DNA of 58,848 bases, from positions 1-58,848 of the forward strand of contig JBDROB010000047.1 of the NCBI GenBank assembly GCA_043810355.1. Direction: 5' to 3'. Origin of the DNA: Candidatus Woesearchaeota archaeon (lineage in GTDB: Archaea; Nanobdellota; Nanobdellia; Woesearchaeales; JAGVYU01). A program made the translations under genes and the position numbers. Shown in pieces: positions 44,408 through 54,257 of the stretch (the first letter of the stretch is position 1; every line of letters begins with the position of its first letter). The notes below the pieces were generated by a model that was given only the letters and a program-made list of their open reading frames with translations, was not told the origin of the DNA and ran no database searches.

Positions 44408-45586
44408 TTAATCCTCATGGTACTTAATAAAACTATTTTGCCTTACCAAAAATTGGTCTGTCCAGATATCCTGCAAATTGATCAGTGCTTCAAGATTGTT
44501 TTTCAACATTCCATCCAACATATCATGCACGTATTTTTGGATTATTGGCCCTGTATAGCTGTGAGCCTCTGCCTGTGCAGGCATTGTTCCGTCAAATAGG
44601 GCTAGTAAAGGCCCTTTTTGTGCATCTGCTTTTTCATGCTGCAATTGCTCTAAGATATCCATGATAGATGAGCAGAATGAATAATGTCCTGCATTTGCAA
44701 CAGTCAAAAAATAATGGGTATTAGCAACATTTTCAACCCCTAATACCTGTTCATAAGGCAGAATTGAGAATTTTCTGTCATCAGCATCACCCACTATCCA
44801 CATTGTTGGCTTCATCTGTCCAATCTGAGATAACCATCCGCTTGCTGGAGCCTGGCAGATGGCGAATTTGATTGAATCATCCCATTTTCCTTCAATATGC
44901 CTTTGGTAACTCAATGGGCTTCCTCCTTTGTTACAGACACCTACACCATATCCTCCTAATGAATGTCCGATCATCCCGATATTGTTCATATCAGCTTTGT
45001 TTCCATATTCACCTGCAACTTTTTCCAAAGCCAATGCAATATCTCTGACCCTGTAATCAAAACCATTGCCAATTATCTCCATGATCTGATTATTGACTGC
45101 ATCATCTTCATGAAATCTTCTTCCATCTAATCCTGTGTCAAATATCCACATAGCGCATTGAACAGGATCATTGATGTCTAATCCAGCCTGTGAAAGTTGA
45201 TCAGCCAAATTAGTCAGTTTATTGATTGCTCCAAACAAATCCAAAGAAAATGGCAGGAATGATGTTCCCATATTGATATAATCATAATGTTCAGGGGCAA
45301 CAACAAAATAACCTTTTCTTGCTATATCAAGTAAATGAGATTCATATATTCTTACACCTCCTGAGAATCCATGAGAAAACAGGACAGTAGGAGAATTAAC
45401 GCAATCCTTGTGATAATATACGCTTATTGGAAGTCCAAAAATGTTATCTCCACCAGGATATTGAACTGTAAATTTCTCCCTAAACACATCTCCAAATGGC
45501 TTTCTGCAGTTTGCACCAGATGTTGTGAGTCCAATGCCTAATGCTAGTGATGATCTTTGAAAAAACTCTCTCCTGTTCATTCTCAT
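44408..45586 (-). CDS. Tat-signal alpha/beta hydrolase
   Basis: MNRREFFQRSSLALGIG. GHSLGG elbow. Confidence 0.7.
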   Translation of the reverse strand: MRMNRREFFQRSSLALGIGLTTSGANCRKPFGDVFREKFTVQYPGGDNIFGLPISVYYHKDCVNSPTVLFSHGFSGGVRIYESHLLDIARKGYFVVAPEHYDYINMGTSFLPFSLDLFGAINKLTNLADQLSQAGLDINDPVQCAMWIFDTGLDGRRFHEDDAVNNQIMEIIGNGFDYRVRDIALALEKVAGEYGNKADMNNIGMIGHSLGGYGVGVCNKGGSPLSYQRHIEGKWDDSIKFAICQAPASGWLSQIGQMKPTMWIVGDADDRKFSILPYEQVLGVENVANTHYFLTVANAGHYSFCSSIMDILEQLQHEKADAQKGPLLALFDGTMPAQAEAHSYTGPIIQKYVHDMLDGMLKNNLEALINLQDIWTDQFLVRQNSFIKYHED

Positions 45587-45661
45587 TAGGAATAAAAATT
45601 CTATTTAAAAACATTTATGTTTTAGAAGTTTAGTTAATATGAAATTCATATCGCAGGACAA

Positions 45662-46090
45662 TTATTCATTAAGAACAAGATCATCAATACTTGCTTTTCC
45701 TATGTATTTAAAGACAAACTTCTCAGGAGTCACTTTCTTGACCCTGAACATGTATGCTGTATCCTCAGTCATTACACAGATATCTTCAGATGAGACAGGA
45801 TAATCACGCCTTCTCATAGTCCTGTCTGAGCCTGCTGATGCACCTTTACTCCAAGGCACCCAAAAAGAGGTTGTCAAGGAAAAATCATCATTCTCTATTC
45901 CATTATACCTTAATTCAAAATCAAATAGCTCAATATAATTTCCAGCACTTAACTTTATGGTATGATTTCTCCAATATTGGTCTTCAGTCCTTGCATTGCT
46001 TACACAAGCAGCTAGCCCGCCTATAGCTGATCCACCTGTTGCTGTAAATCCAGCTGCTCTTTTCAGGAATTGTCTTCTTGATATGTCCAT
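45662..46090 (-). CDS. small Tat-signal protein
   Basis: ISRRQFLKRAAGFTATGGSAIGGLAAC. Confidence 0.55.
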   Translation of the reverse strand: MDISRRQFLKRAAGFTATGGSAIGGLAACVSNARTEDQYWRNHTIKLSAGNYIELFDFELRYNGIENDDFSLTTSFWVPWSKGASAGSDRTMRRRDYPVSSEDICVMTEDTAYMFRVKKVTPEKFVFKYIGKASIDDLVLNE

Positions 46091-46141
46091 AACATACTGA
46101 AAAGCAGGAAAATAATATAAATTTTGCTATAATAAGGTTGT

Positions 46142-47512
46142 TCACTTGCTATTATCAACAAAGTAAAACATATCAGCGCCTGAATGAGTAGGCAATGGTA
46201 TTTCCAATTCTTTGTGAGTGAATATCCCATATTCTGGGAATAGCTTATACATGCCAGGCTTATGCCATCCTCCAACTCTTATAAGATGGACAGGATAAGG
46301 ACAAGGCTTATCACCGCTTATATGATGCATGATTTCATCAACCAATATCACATTACGATCATCAAGGATCTCGTCAAACATACGAGAAAAACTTTCAAAA
46401 CCAGGTCTTTCAAAAACTTTCTTAATTCTTGCAATCTCATCTTCTGCATTGCCTGAACTAAAAGAATTGCTTGTAAATAATCCCATAGAATAGAGAGAAG
46501 GTGCATTAGTAATTTGAAAAACTCCCATTTTTGCCATGAGGTTTATTGTTTCCCAAGAGATTCCTTCATAAGTGCCGACTGCACTAAAACTTTCCAGCCA
46601 GTAAACAGGAATATCCCTGTTTTCACATAAAACTTCCATTGGAGGACTATTATAATTCATTCCAGCCTGAAGAACCCTTCTTGAATAAATGAAAGGCTTT
46701 AATAATGGATTAGGCATCCTTTTATTTAACCCTTCACTAAGCATGCAATCAATTTCAATTGAGTCAAGCAATCTTTCTGCTGCTATAGACGAACTTCTAT
46801 TATATATGTGAGATTCACCAACCAAGATCATCTCACTCTTATGCCCCTCGTGTTCAAGAGTGCATTGTGTGGCTGAAATATTGACTTTGTCAGGATAGAA
46901 TGTTTGGTCTTCTTCAGGCCTGGCTGAATAATGTCCGTAGCAAAGAATGCTTGCAAGCATAAAGCTTACTGTGAAGATCTCAACTCTTCTCTGTAATCTT
47001 TCAAATGAGTCTATGCTTTTTCTTGGTGCACCTTTGACCCAATCAACAACACTTTTTCCAAGATTACGATAATAGTTATCAGCATTAGTCAGTCTTTGGT
47101 CTAAAGAGCCTGGCTTTAGGAAAGCCTTAAATGCTTCCCAATGGGGTTGAACAAAAGCTTTGCATGGCAATCTTAAGATTTCATAACCTAATGAAATGAG
47201 ATTTGTCACAGATGCAGCAATTCCATATTTTGGTTCAATAGTCATTGCAGCCAATGTCACAGGAATTGCTAACCTGTAGACAGTCTGTCTGTACACATCA
47301 TCCATGAATGTGACATCAGAAATATCTCTAGTAACCCATTTTCTTATCCTGGTAGGCATCATGAAAGGGAATGTGGCAGAATTGTAAATGGCATTTGAAA
47401 TCAATCCAGTGTAATGGGCAGCTCTTTTTAATGCTCTTCTTTTTTTGCTTTCAGAAACTACAATCTTTTCTAAATCAATATCATCAAAACCCATATATAG
47501 AAACTTTAACAC
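46142..47512 (-). CDS. TraB/GumN-like protein with N-terminal membrane region
   Basis: LVGESHIYN ... IRVGGWHKPG resemble the two His-containing TraB-family blocks. Confidence 0.45.
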   Translation of the reverse strand: MLKFLYMGFDDIDLEKIVVSESKKRRALKRAAHYTGLISNAIYNSATFPFMMPTRIRKWVTRDISDVTFMDDVYRQTVYRLAIPVTLAAMTIEPKYGIAASVTNLISLGYEILRLPCKAFVQPHWEAFKAFLKPGSLDQRLTNADNYYRNLGKSVVDWVKGAPRKSIDSFERLQRRVEIFTVSFMLASILCYGHYSARPEEDQTFYPDKVNISATQCTLEHEGHKSEMILVGESHIYNRSSSIAAERLLDSIEIDCMLSEGLNKRMPNPLLKPFIYSRRVLQAGMNYNSPPMEVLCENRDIPVYWLESFSAVGTYEGISWETINLMAKMGVFQITNAPSLYSMGLFTSNSFSSGNAEDEIARIKKVFERPGFESFSRMFDEILDDRNVILVDEIMHHISGDKPCPYPVHLIRVGGWHKPGMYKLFPEYGIFTHKELEIPLPTHSGADMFYFVDNSK

Positions 47513-47636
47513 ATGTAATTTAAAGATTCCCTTTTTGCATCTATTATGACACCATATCTATATTTTATGCCAATGTTTTAATTGGTATTTTCTATAAAAA
47601 CAAATTTATATAAATGATTTGGATAAATGTTGGACA

Positions 47637-49217
47637 ATGAAGAGGGGTGACATCTTTTCAAGGAGGACACTTCTAAAGGCAGCAGTAGCTTTAGCTGCAG
47701 GGACTAATCTGAATTGTCCTGTAAATAATCAATTTATCGGTTATGGATCAGATTCATTCACATTGCCTGAAATAATTGACTTGAATCAATCTGAAGCTGA
47801 AGTTCTGGATTATTTTAGGCAGGTTTTTGAAATAGGATTAGAAAGTTTGAGGTTTGGTGACATCCATGCTCATACAAATTATTCTTTCTTGTCAGAATTA
47901 TGTGGTTTAACTGATCAAACACCTATTTATGGTCCTGACCTTGCTCTACAGCATGCAAAGGATTGCGGTCTTGATTTTATTGCATTGACAGAAAATGCTG
48001 AGATGCAGAATATTGCTGCAATCACAAATATTGCAAAAAATTTAAGTGATCAAAGAGTCATAGCTAAACTTAGAGAGTACCATGCTGAAAAATTAAATCC
48101 AGTTGAGATACTTGAAAGGTTGGAATGTGATTTTAGAGAAAAGAGTATTGGAAGTGTTTTAGGATTATCCACTTGGAGAAATGAGATTGAATGGAACAAT
48201 TATCATAATTCAAGAGGTATAATTGCTTTTAATGCTTTTGAATATACAAACACTGTTAATCTTCCAATAATAGGTTCTAGAGAAGCATTTGGCCATAGAA
48301 TAGCATTATTTAGAGATATTGAACAAGATAGAGTGCCATGGAATCCGATTGGAGCTTCATGGATTGCATCACAGATATTTCAGGCAGAATATGCGCACAC
48401 TGGAAGAGATCTTCATAATATGTTGAGCAGTTATGAAGGAAGGGTAATTACAATACCTCATGCAGTTGCAAAGATTGGAGATACTGATACACTAAATCAA
48501 AGCGGAGGCCCTCAGGATCATAGGCTTGATCTTAATTATTTAAATAAAAGATTTGATAGAGGTGTTGAGATATTCAGCAAATGGGGGAATTTTATGGGTC
48601 CTGCACCTCGTGGCTATCCTGGAGCAGGCCAAGAAGAATTATTCTTTTACACTAGAGGTATAGCTGATCCAATAACAATTAGGTCATTCCTTCATCAGGG
48701 ATGGTGTGTTAATGGTGATTTAAATTTTGCACTTAGTTTTTTTGGAGGAACAGATGGTCATACTGGTGACCCTGCCTCTCCGGTTTATCCTTCTTGCATG
48801 ATGTATTGCCCTGGATCTGTTACAGGTGTTGTTGCAAAACACCTTACAAGAGGAGAGGTTTTTGATGGCATGTTTGATGGCCATACAATTGTAACAACTA
48901 CATCTGCCTCTAATAAGAGAATTCCTATGCTGATGGCTGTCAGGACTAAACGCAATGATCATATCAATGATCATATTATGGGAGATCAAGGAGTCCATGA
49001 TGGTCATGTTGTGCTGAATGTAGTGGCTGATAGGGATGTGACTCAATTGGAGTTGGTGGTGGATGGAGGAGTGGCAGGTACTTTTGCCGGAAATCATCTA
49101 AGAGCGGATATTTCTCTACCTCAAGGAAATCATTTTGTCTATGCCAGAGCTGTTTCTTTTGATAGTGAAAAGAAATATACTTGGACCTCTCCTGTTTATC
49201 TGAGATCAAGTAATTAG
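47637..49217 (+). CDS. Tat-signal PHP/DUF3604-like metallohydrolase
   Basis: SRRTLLKAAVALAAG. GDIHAHTNYS. Confidence 0.6.
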   Translation: MKRGDIFSRRTLLKAAVALAAGTNLNCPVNNQFIGYGSDSFTLPEIIDLNQSEAEVLDYFRQVFEIGLESLRFGDIHAHTNYSFLSELCGLTDQTPIYGPDLALQHAKDCGLDFIALTENAEMQNIAAITNIAKNLSDQRVIAKLREYHAEKLNPVEILERLECDFREKSIGSVLGLSTWRNEIEWNNYHNSRGIIAFNAFEYTNTVNLPIIGSREAFGHRIALFRDIEQDRVPWNPIGASWIASQIFQAEYAHTGRDLHNMLSSYEGRVITIPHAVAKIGDTDTLNQSGGPQDHRLDLNYLNKRFDRGVEIFSKWGNFMGPAPRGYPGAGQEELFFYTRGIADPITIRSFLHQGWCVNGDLNFALSFFGGTDGHTGDPASPVYPSCMMYCPGSVTGVVAKHLTRGEVFDGMFDGHTIVTTTSASNKRIPMLMAVRTKRNDHINDHIMGDQGVHDGHVVLNVVADRDVTQLELVVDGGVAGTFAGNHLRADISLPQGNHFVYARAVSFDSEKKYTWTSPVYLRSSN

Positions 49218-49283
49218 ATATAATCTATAAACTCTACAACCTAAATATTTATATACAAAAACATAGTATATTATTTTTTTAAA

Positions 49284-50792
49284 ATGAGTGTTGACTTTAC
49301 AGGCAAGGACATTATTTCTATATATGATCTGACAAAGGAAGATATTGAGTTTCTTATAAGGAAGACTGAGGAGTTTCGCAAGAAAGAGCTTGCAAATGAG
49401 AGATATTCTTCAGGATTAAAAAATAAGAAATTAGGATTGCTCTTTTTCGAAGACTCAACAAGGACAAAGAAGAGCTTTGACACTGCAATGGAAGAGCAGG
49501 GGGGCATTGTCTATGATCTCAATATCCAGACTTCTTCAATAAAAAAGCATGAATCTGTGAGAGATACTATTTTAATGGCTCTTACCCATCATAATGACTG
49601 CTTGGTCATGCGGCACAGCAAGGATGGCTCTGTCCAATGGGCTGCAGATGTAGCCAATATTCCAGTGATCAATGGAGGTGATGGAAAGAACCAGCACCCT
49701 ACACAGACAATGCTTGATTTGGTGACAATCCATCAGATATTAGGCAGGCTTGATAATATATCAATTGGTTTTGGTGGTGACTTGAAATATGGCAGGACTG
49801 CACATTCATTGCCAATAGGCTTGTCCCATTTTGATAATGTGACTTTGCACCTTGCAGCACCTGAAGAGCTGCAGATGCCGCAGGAATTGGTATCAAACCT
49901 GGAGAAAAGAGGCATGAAAATAGTCAATCATGACAACTTGATCGATGCCCTTAAGAGTGTTGATGTCTTTTACCAGACAAGGCCTCAGATTGAGCGCATG
50001 AACATAAAAGAGCCTTCTATGATATATCAGATGATGGAAAAGTGGAAGATCACTCCAGAAGTGTTGGAATATATTCCAGATGGCAAAATAATGCATCCTT
50101 TGCCTATTGACAGCCATCTTGAGGAGATAAGTTTTGCAGTTGCTTTTTCTCCTCAGCAGTTTTATTATGAGCAGGCTCATAATGGTGTTTTGCTGAGAAA
50201 AGCATTGATCCATTCAATCTTATATCAAAAAGATCCTGTGCATTTTTCTGGGGACCTTTCTGATGTTAAGCCATCCATTGGAGAAAACAAAGTTTTTAGG
50301 GAATTGACAACTTTGTCAAGAAAAGACACTTTCATTGATCTTATCAAGAATGGCATTGTGATTGACCATCTTGAGCCTGGCTCTTCACTTGATGTATTGA
50401 ATCAGCTTAATCTTTTGGAAAGGGGCTGGTCTGTTTTTATTGGCAATAATATCATAAGCAGGGATACAGGCAAAAGGAAAGATATGATAAAGATCATTGG
50501 AGGAAAACTGAGTGAAAGGGATCTCAAGCAGATGGCAATAATCTCTCCAGATGTCACAATCAATGAGATCAAGGAAGGGATTGTCATGAGAAAATATCAG
50601 GTATTGATATGTGGGAATGAGAACTGCATATCAAGGGTTATCACAGAAGATGTCCCTCCAAGATTTTATATTGAGGAAAAATACAACAACAAGATCAGGT
50701 GCAGGTATTGCCAGTCAGGCTATAACCGGCAGATTCCCTATGTTTCAGAAGAGGACAAGGACAAGTTTTTCTCTATGCTAGAAAAAAAGTAA
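49284..50792 (+). CDS. pyrBI: aspartate carbamoyltransferase, catalytic and regulatory chains fused in one ORF
   Basis: STRTKKSF, HPTQ, HPLP catalytic motifs in the first 300 aa or so. The C-terminal roughly 150 aa carry the PyrI Zn motif CGNENCIS...CRYC. Confidence 0.85.
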   Translation: MSVDFTGKDIISIYDLTKEDIEFLIRKTEEFRKKELANERYSSGLKNKKLGLLFFEDSTRTKKSFDTAMEEQGGIVYDLNIQTSSIKKHESVRDTILMALTHHNDCLVMRHSKDGSVQWAADVANIPVINGGDGKNQHPTQTMLDLVTIHQILGRLDNISIGFGGDLKYGRTAHSLPIGLSHFDNVTLHLAAPEELQMPQELVSNLEKRGMKIVNHDNLIDALKSVDVFYQTRPQIERMNIKEPSMIYQMMEKWKITPEVLEYIPDGKIMHPLPIDSHLEEISFAVAFSPQQFYYEQAHNGVLLRKALIHSILYQKDPVHFSGDLSDVKPSIGENKVFRELTTLSRKDTFIDLIKNGIVIDHLEPGSSLDVLNQLNLLERGWSVFIGNNIISRDTGKRKDMIKIIGGKLSERDLKQMAIISPDVTINEIKEGIVMRKYQVLICGNENCISRVITEDVPPRFYIEEKYNNKIRCRYCQSGYNRQIPYVSEEDKDKFFSMLEKK

Positions 50793-50800
50793 GAGGAGTT

Positions 50801-50819
50801 CTTGCACAACTAGTGCAAG
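50801..50819. terminator. hairpin between convergent genes
   Basis: CTTGCAC-AACTA-GTGCAAG. Confidence 0.5.
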
Positions 50820-50827
50820 GGCATTGG

Positions 50828-51289
50828 TTATACTGGTTTTATTTCACACCTATTGCTTAAGAACTCCTCTTTCTTCAGCTCATCAATGATGTAATATGAT
50901 ATTTTTGTCTTTACCCTGTATTTCTCATCCAATTTCTCTATGAAATCTTCCAGATCCCTGACATTCCTGAAGATTATATCAATCATAAAATCAAATCCAT
51001 TATTGATCTTAAAGACTGAATTTACATTTTCATGTTTCATCAGGAATTCCAACAATTCATTTTTCCTGCTTTTGATGGATTTTATCATCACCTGAGCCCT
51101 TGCATTATAGCCTAGGCTCTGAAAATCTATCAATCCTACATATCTTCTCATAATATTTCCATCAAACTTTCTCATCCTGTCAAAGATTGTGGATATTGGC
51201 ATCTTCAATTCCCTGCTCATATTAGTCAATGTTTTTCTTCCATCTTCCCTTAGGTGTGCTATTATTTCCAGATCTTTTTCATTTATCAT
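50828..51289 (-). CDS. Lrp/AsnC-family regulator
   Basis: DLEIIAHLREDGRKTLTNMSRELKMPISTIFDRM HTH. Confidence 0.8.
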   Translation of the reverse strand: MINEKDLEIIAHLREDGRKTLTNMSRELKMPISTIFDRMRKFDGNIMRRYVGLIDFQSLGYNARAQVMIKSIKSRKNELLEFLMKHENVNSVFKINNGFDFMIDIIFRNVRDLEDFIEKLDEKYRVKTKISYYIIDELKKEEFLSNRCEIKPV

Positions 51290-51419
51290 CTTTTTTGCCT
51301 CCAGATTTCTTATGATTTTTTACAAATCCGAAACCTATTCGATATTATTGTATATTTTCTATTTATACCTTGACTGTCTATCTTATCACAACAATCTGTT
51401 GTAGTCACCTAGACAACTT

Positions 51420-52259
51420 ATGTTTATAATTATGGATCCAACAAGAAAAACTATGGCAACAGACATTATTAAGGACATAAATGATATAGAAGAGGGGATA
51501 ATAAAGTTTTTAAGCACATATTCATTCTCCTCTATTATGAAGGAAGAAGTCCTTGAAAGCATTGGTCTGAGCAGGAATGAGGCTAAAGTCTTTGTTGCTC
51601 TTCTTCAAATTGGCCCAAGTTCTGTAGGCAATATCTCCCAAGAGTCAAAGATACACAGGACAAATGTCTACGATGCTCTTGACAGGCTTACTAAAAAAGG
51701 CCTTGTATCATATTTTATGGATGGAAATGACTCAAAAGTGTTTGAAGCATCCAATCCTGACAATCTGATGAGCATAATCAATGAAAAAAAGGTATTATTG
51801 GAGAAAATACTACCTTCTCTCAAGATCCAGAAAGAGATGACTGAAAAAAAGAGCCAGGCCCATGTTTATGAAGGCATCACTGCTTTTACAAGGATTCTTG
51901 AAGGATTCCTGAAATATAAGGATCCTATTCTTGTGTATGGCATTCCTAAAAAAGCCCCTGAATATATGAAGCATTTCATACCTGGTTTCCATAACAGGAG
52001 AATCCCTAAAAAGATCAAGATGCTTCATATCTATAACCATAATGCTGCTGACAGGATCAAGTATCTCAATTCTCTATCATTTACTGAAGCTAAATTTCTT
52101 CCTCAAGAGCTGGATTCACAGGTTTCCACAAACATCTCCGGAGATGAAGTCGTCTTTACTATCTGGGCTGATCCAATCATCTCAATCCAGATAAACAACA
52201 AGACTGTTGCTGATTCTTATAAGAACTATTTTTATCTTTTGTGGGAAGCTGCTAAATGA
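51420..52259 (+). CDS. TrmB-family transcriptional regulator (start uncertain)
   Basis: LSRNEAKVFVALLQIGPSSVGNISQESKIHRTNVYDALDRLTKKGLV. Confidence 0.8.
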   Translation: MFIIMDPTRKTMATDIIKDINDIEEGIIKFLSTYSFSSIMKEEVLESIGLSRNEAKVFVALLQIGPSSVGNISQESKIHRTNVYDALDRLTKKGLVSYFMDGNDSKVFEASNPDNLMSIINEKKVLLEKILPSLKIQKEMTEKKSQAHVYEGITAFTRILEGFLKYKDPILVYGIPKKAPEYMKHFIPGFHNRRIPKKIKMLHIYNHNAADRIKYLNSLSFTEAKFLPQELDSQVSTNISGDEVVFTIWADPIISIQINNKTVADSYKNYFYLLWEAAK

Positions 52260-52262
52260 TAT

Positions 52263-52646
52263 TTAATAAGTCTCAACTTTTAATCCATTAATCCTTTTAA
52301 AATGTTTTACATTTCTTGTTAAGACAGCCTCATTATTAATTAATGCTATTCCAGCAATCATGCAATCTTCTGAATCTATCTCTTTTCCTTTTTTAAGTAA
52401 TTCTCTAAAAATATCTCCTGCAATAAGCCCTGCGTTTTTATTGAGTTCTAGCACAATAATACCTTTAAAGAAATCTTTTGTATTTTTTATCTCAGATTCT
52501 GATCTGATCCTTTTTAATGTCTCAAAAACACTGATGCTAGTTGTCATAATTATCTCTTTTTCTTCAATTTCTTTAGATTTCTTAAAAGCATCAATCTTAT
52601 TATTTAATAAATCAATAATAAATGAAGAATCTAGTATCAATTTCAT
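52263..52646 (-). CDS. vapC: PIN-domain toxin (VapC-like)
   Basis: MKLILDSSFIIDLL. Confidence 0.8.
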   Translation of the reverse strand: MKLILDSSFIIDLLNNKIDAFKKSKEIEEKEIIMTTSISVFETLKRIRSESEIKNTKDFFKGIIVLELNKNAGLIAGDIFRELLKKGKEIDSEDCMIAGIALINNEAVLTRNVKHFKRINGLKVETY

Positions 52647-52861
52647 CCACCTATGTATCTTTTCCTTGATCTTGATCTGTCTTTCTTTATACCTTCTCTT
52701 ATCTCATTGGCTGTTTTATCACTTAATACACCTGCAAAATCAGATAATCTTCTTCTGCCACCTATCTTATTTATCACATCAGAGAAGCTTTCATTCTTCT
52801 CTTTCCATGATTTCAGCCTTTCATAAGCTTCAACTGTTATTGAAATTGTTTTGGTTGACAT
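52643..52861 (-). CDS. vapB: antitoxin (VapB-like)
   Basis: MSTKTISITVEAYERLKSWK. 4-nt overlap with the PIN gene. Confidence 0.7.
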   Translation of the reverse strand: MSTKTISITVEAYERLKSWKEKNESFSDVINKIGGRRRLSDFAGVLSDKTANEIREGIKKDRSRSRKRYIGG

Positions 52862-52951
52862 ACTGTGTATGTGTATGTACATATATTATTTAAATCTTTC
52901 GTTGAATCATAATAATAACCTTTAAAAACTCTTTTCTACAAACACATATCT

Positions 52952-54256
52952 ATGCAGAAAAATGTTAGAAATAAGATAATAATAAAGAAAACAAATGAGA
53001 AGAATTCAAAAAACATCGAAATAATGTCTCCAGTAGGCTCATTTGAATCATTAGCAGCAGCCATCAAGGCAGGAGCTGACTCAGTCTATTTTGGTGTTGG
53101 CAAACTTAATATGCGTTCAAGGTCATCTGTAAATTTCACTCGAGCAGACCTAAAGAAGATATCTCAGATCTGTAAAAAGAACAAAGTTAAGTCATATCTT
53201 GCCTTGAACACAATTGTTTATGATGATGAAATCAAGGAGATAAAAAAGATATGCGATTCAGCTAAAAAAGAAAACATCTCAGCTGTGATAGCCTCAGACA
53301 TTTCTGTTATTGAATATGCAAGAAGGATTGGATTGGAAGTCCATATATCCACCCAGCAGAACATCTCAAACATAGAATCCCTGAGATATTTCTCAAAATA
53401 TGCTGATGTCATTGTCCTTGCACGAGAGTTGACACTAGATCAGATAAAAAACATCAGCAAATTAATCAAAAAACAGGACATAAGGGGTCCAAACAAAAAG
53501 CTTGTCAAGCTTGAACTGTTTGTTCATGGAGCATTATGCGTCTCGATTGCAGGCAAATGCTATATGAGCCTGGCTCAGTACAACCACTCTGCCAACAGGG
53601 GTGATTGCCTGCAGGTATGCAGAAGAGGATATAGGGTCACAGATCTTGAGACAGGAGATGAACTGGAGATTGACAACAAGTATGTGATGTCCCCTAAGGA
53701 TCTGTGCACAATCGGATTTTTGGACAAGATCATTGATGCAGGGATTTCTGTATTAAAGATTGAAGGCAGGGGAAGGTCTCCTGATTATGTCTTTACTGCA
53801 ACAAAATGCTATAAGGAAGCTGTTGAATCAATCGAGGACAAGACTTATACTAAAGAAAAGATAAACAATTGGATCAAAGAGCTTGAAAAAGTATTTAACA
53901 GGGGATTTTGGCATGGAGGATATTATCTTGGGAAAAAACTGGGAGAATGGTCTGGTGCATATGGTTCAAAAGCTGCCAAAGAGAAGATTTACATTGGCAA
54001 AGCTTTAAATTATTTTATAAAACCAAATATAGCTCACTTTATAATTGAATCTGATAAATTGTCAGTTGGTGACGAGATAATGATCATTGGTCCGACAACA
54101 GGTGTTGTAAATGCAAAAATAAAAGAAATGATTGTAAATGATAAAAAGATTGATTCAGCCAAAAAAGGAGATAATATCACTATCTTGATTAAGGAAAAAT
54201 TAAGAAAAAATGATAAATTATACAAGATAGTTGATAGGAAGAGTTTGCAGGGTTAA
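52952..54256 (+). CDS. peptidase U32-family protein (Fe-S type)
   Basis: SPVGSFESLAAAIKAGADSVYFG. Cys cluster CVSIAGKCYMS...CLQVC. Confidence 0.8.
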   Translation: MQKNVRNKIIIKKTNEKNSKNIEIMSPVGSFESLAAAIKAGADSVYFGVGKLNMRSRSSVNFTRADLKKISQICKKNKVKSYLALNTIVYDDEIKEIKKICDSAKKENISAVIASDISVIEYARRIGLEVHISTQQNISNIESLRYFSKYADVIVLARELTLDQIKNISKLIKKQDIRGPNKKLVKLELFVHGALCVSIAGKCYMSLAQYNHSANRGDCLQVCRRGYRVTDLETGDELEIDNKYVMSPKDLCTIGFLDKIIDAGISVLKIEGRGRSPDYVFTATKCYKEAVESIEDKTYTKEKINNWIKELEKVFNRGFWHGGYYLGKKLGEWSGAYGSKAAKEKIYIGKALNYFIKPNIAHFIIESDKLSVGDEIMIIGPTTGVVNAKIKEMIVNDKKIDSAKKGDNITILIKEKLRKNDKLYKIVDRKSLQG

Positions 54257-54257
54257 G

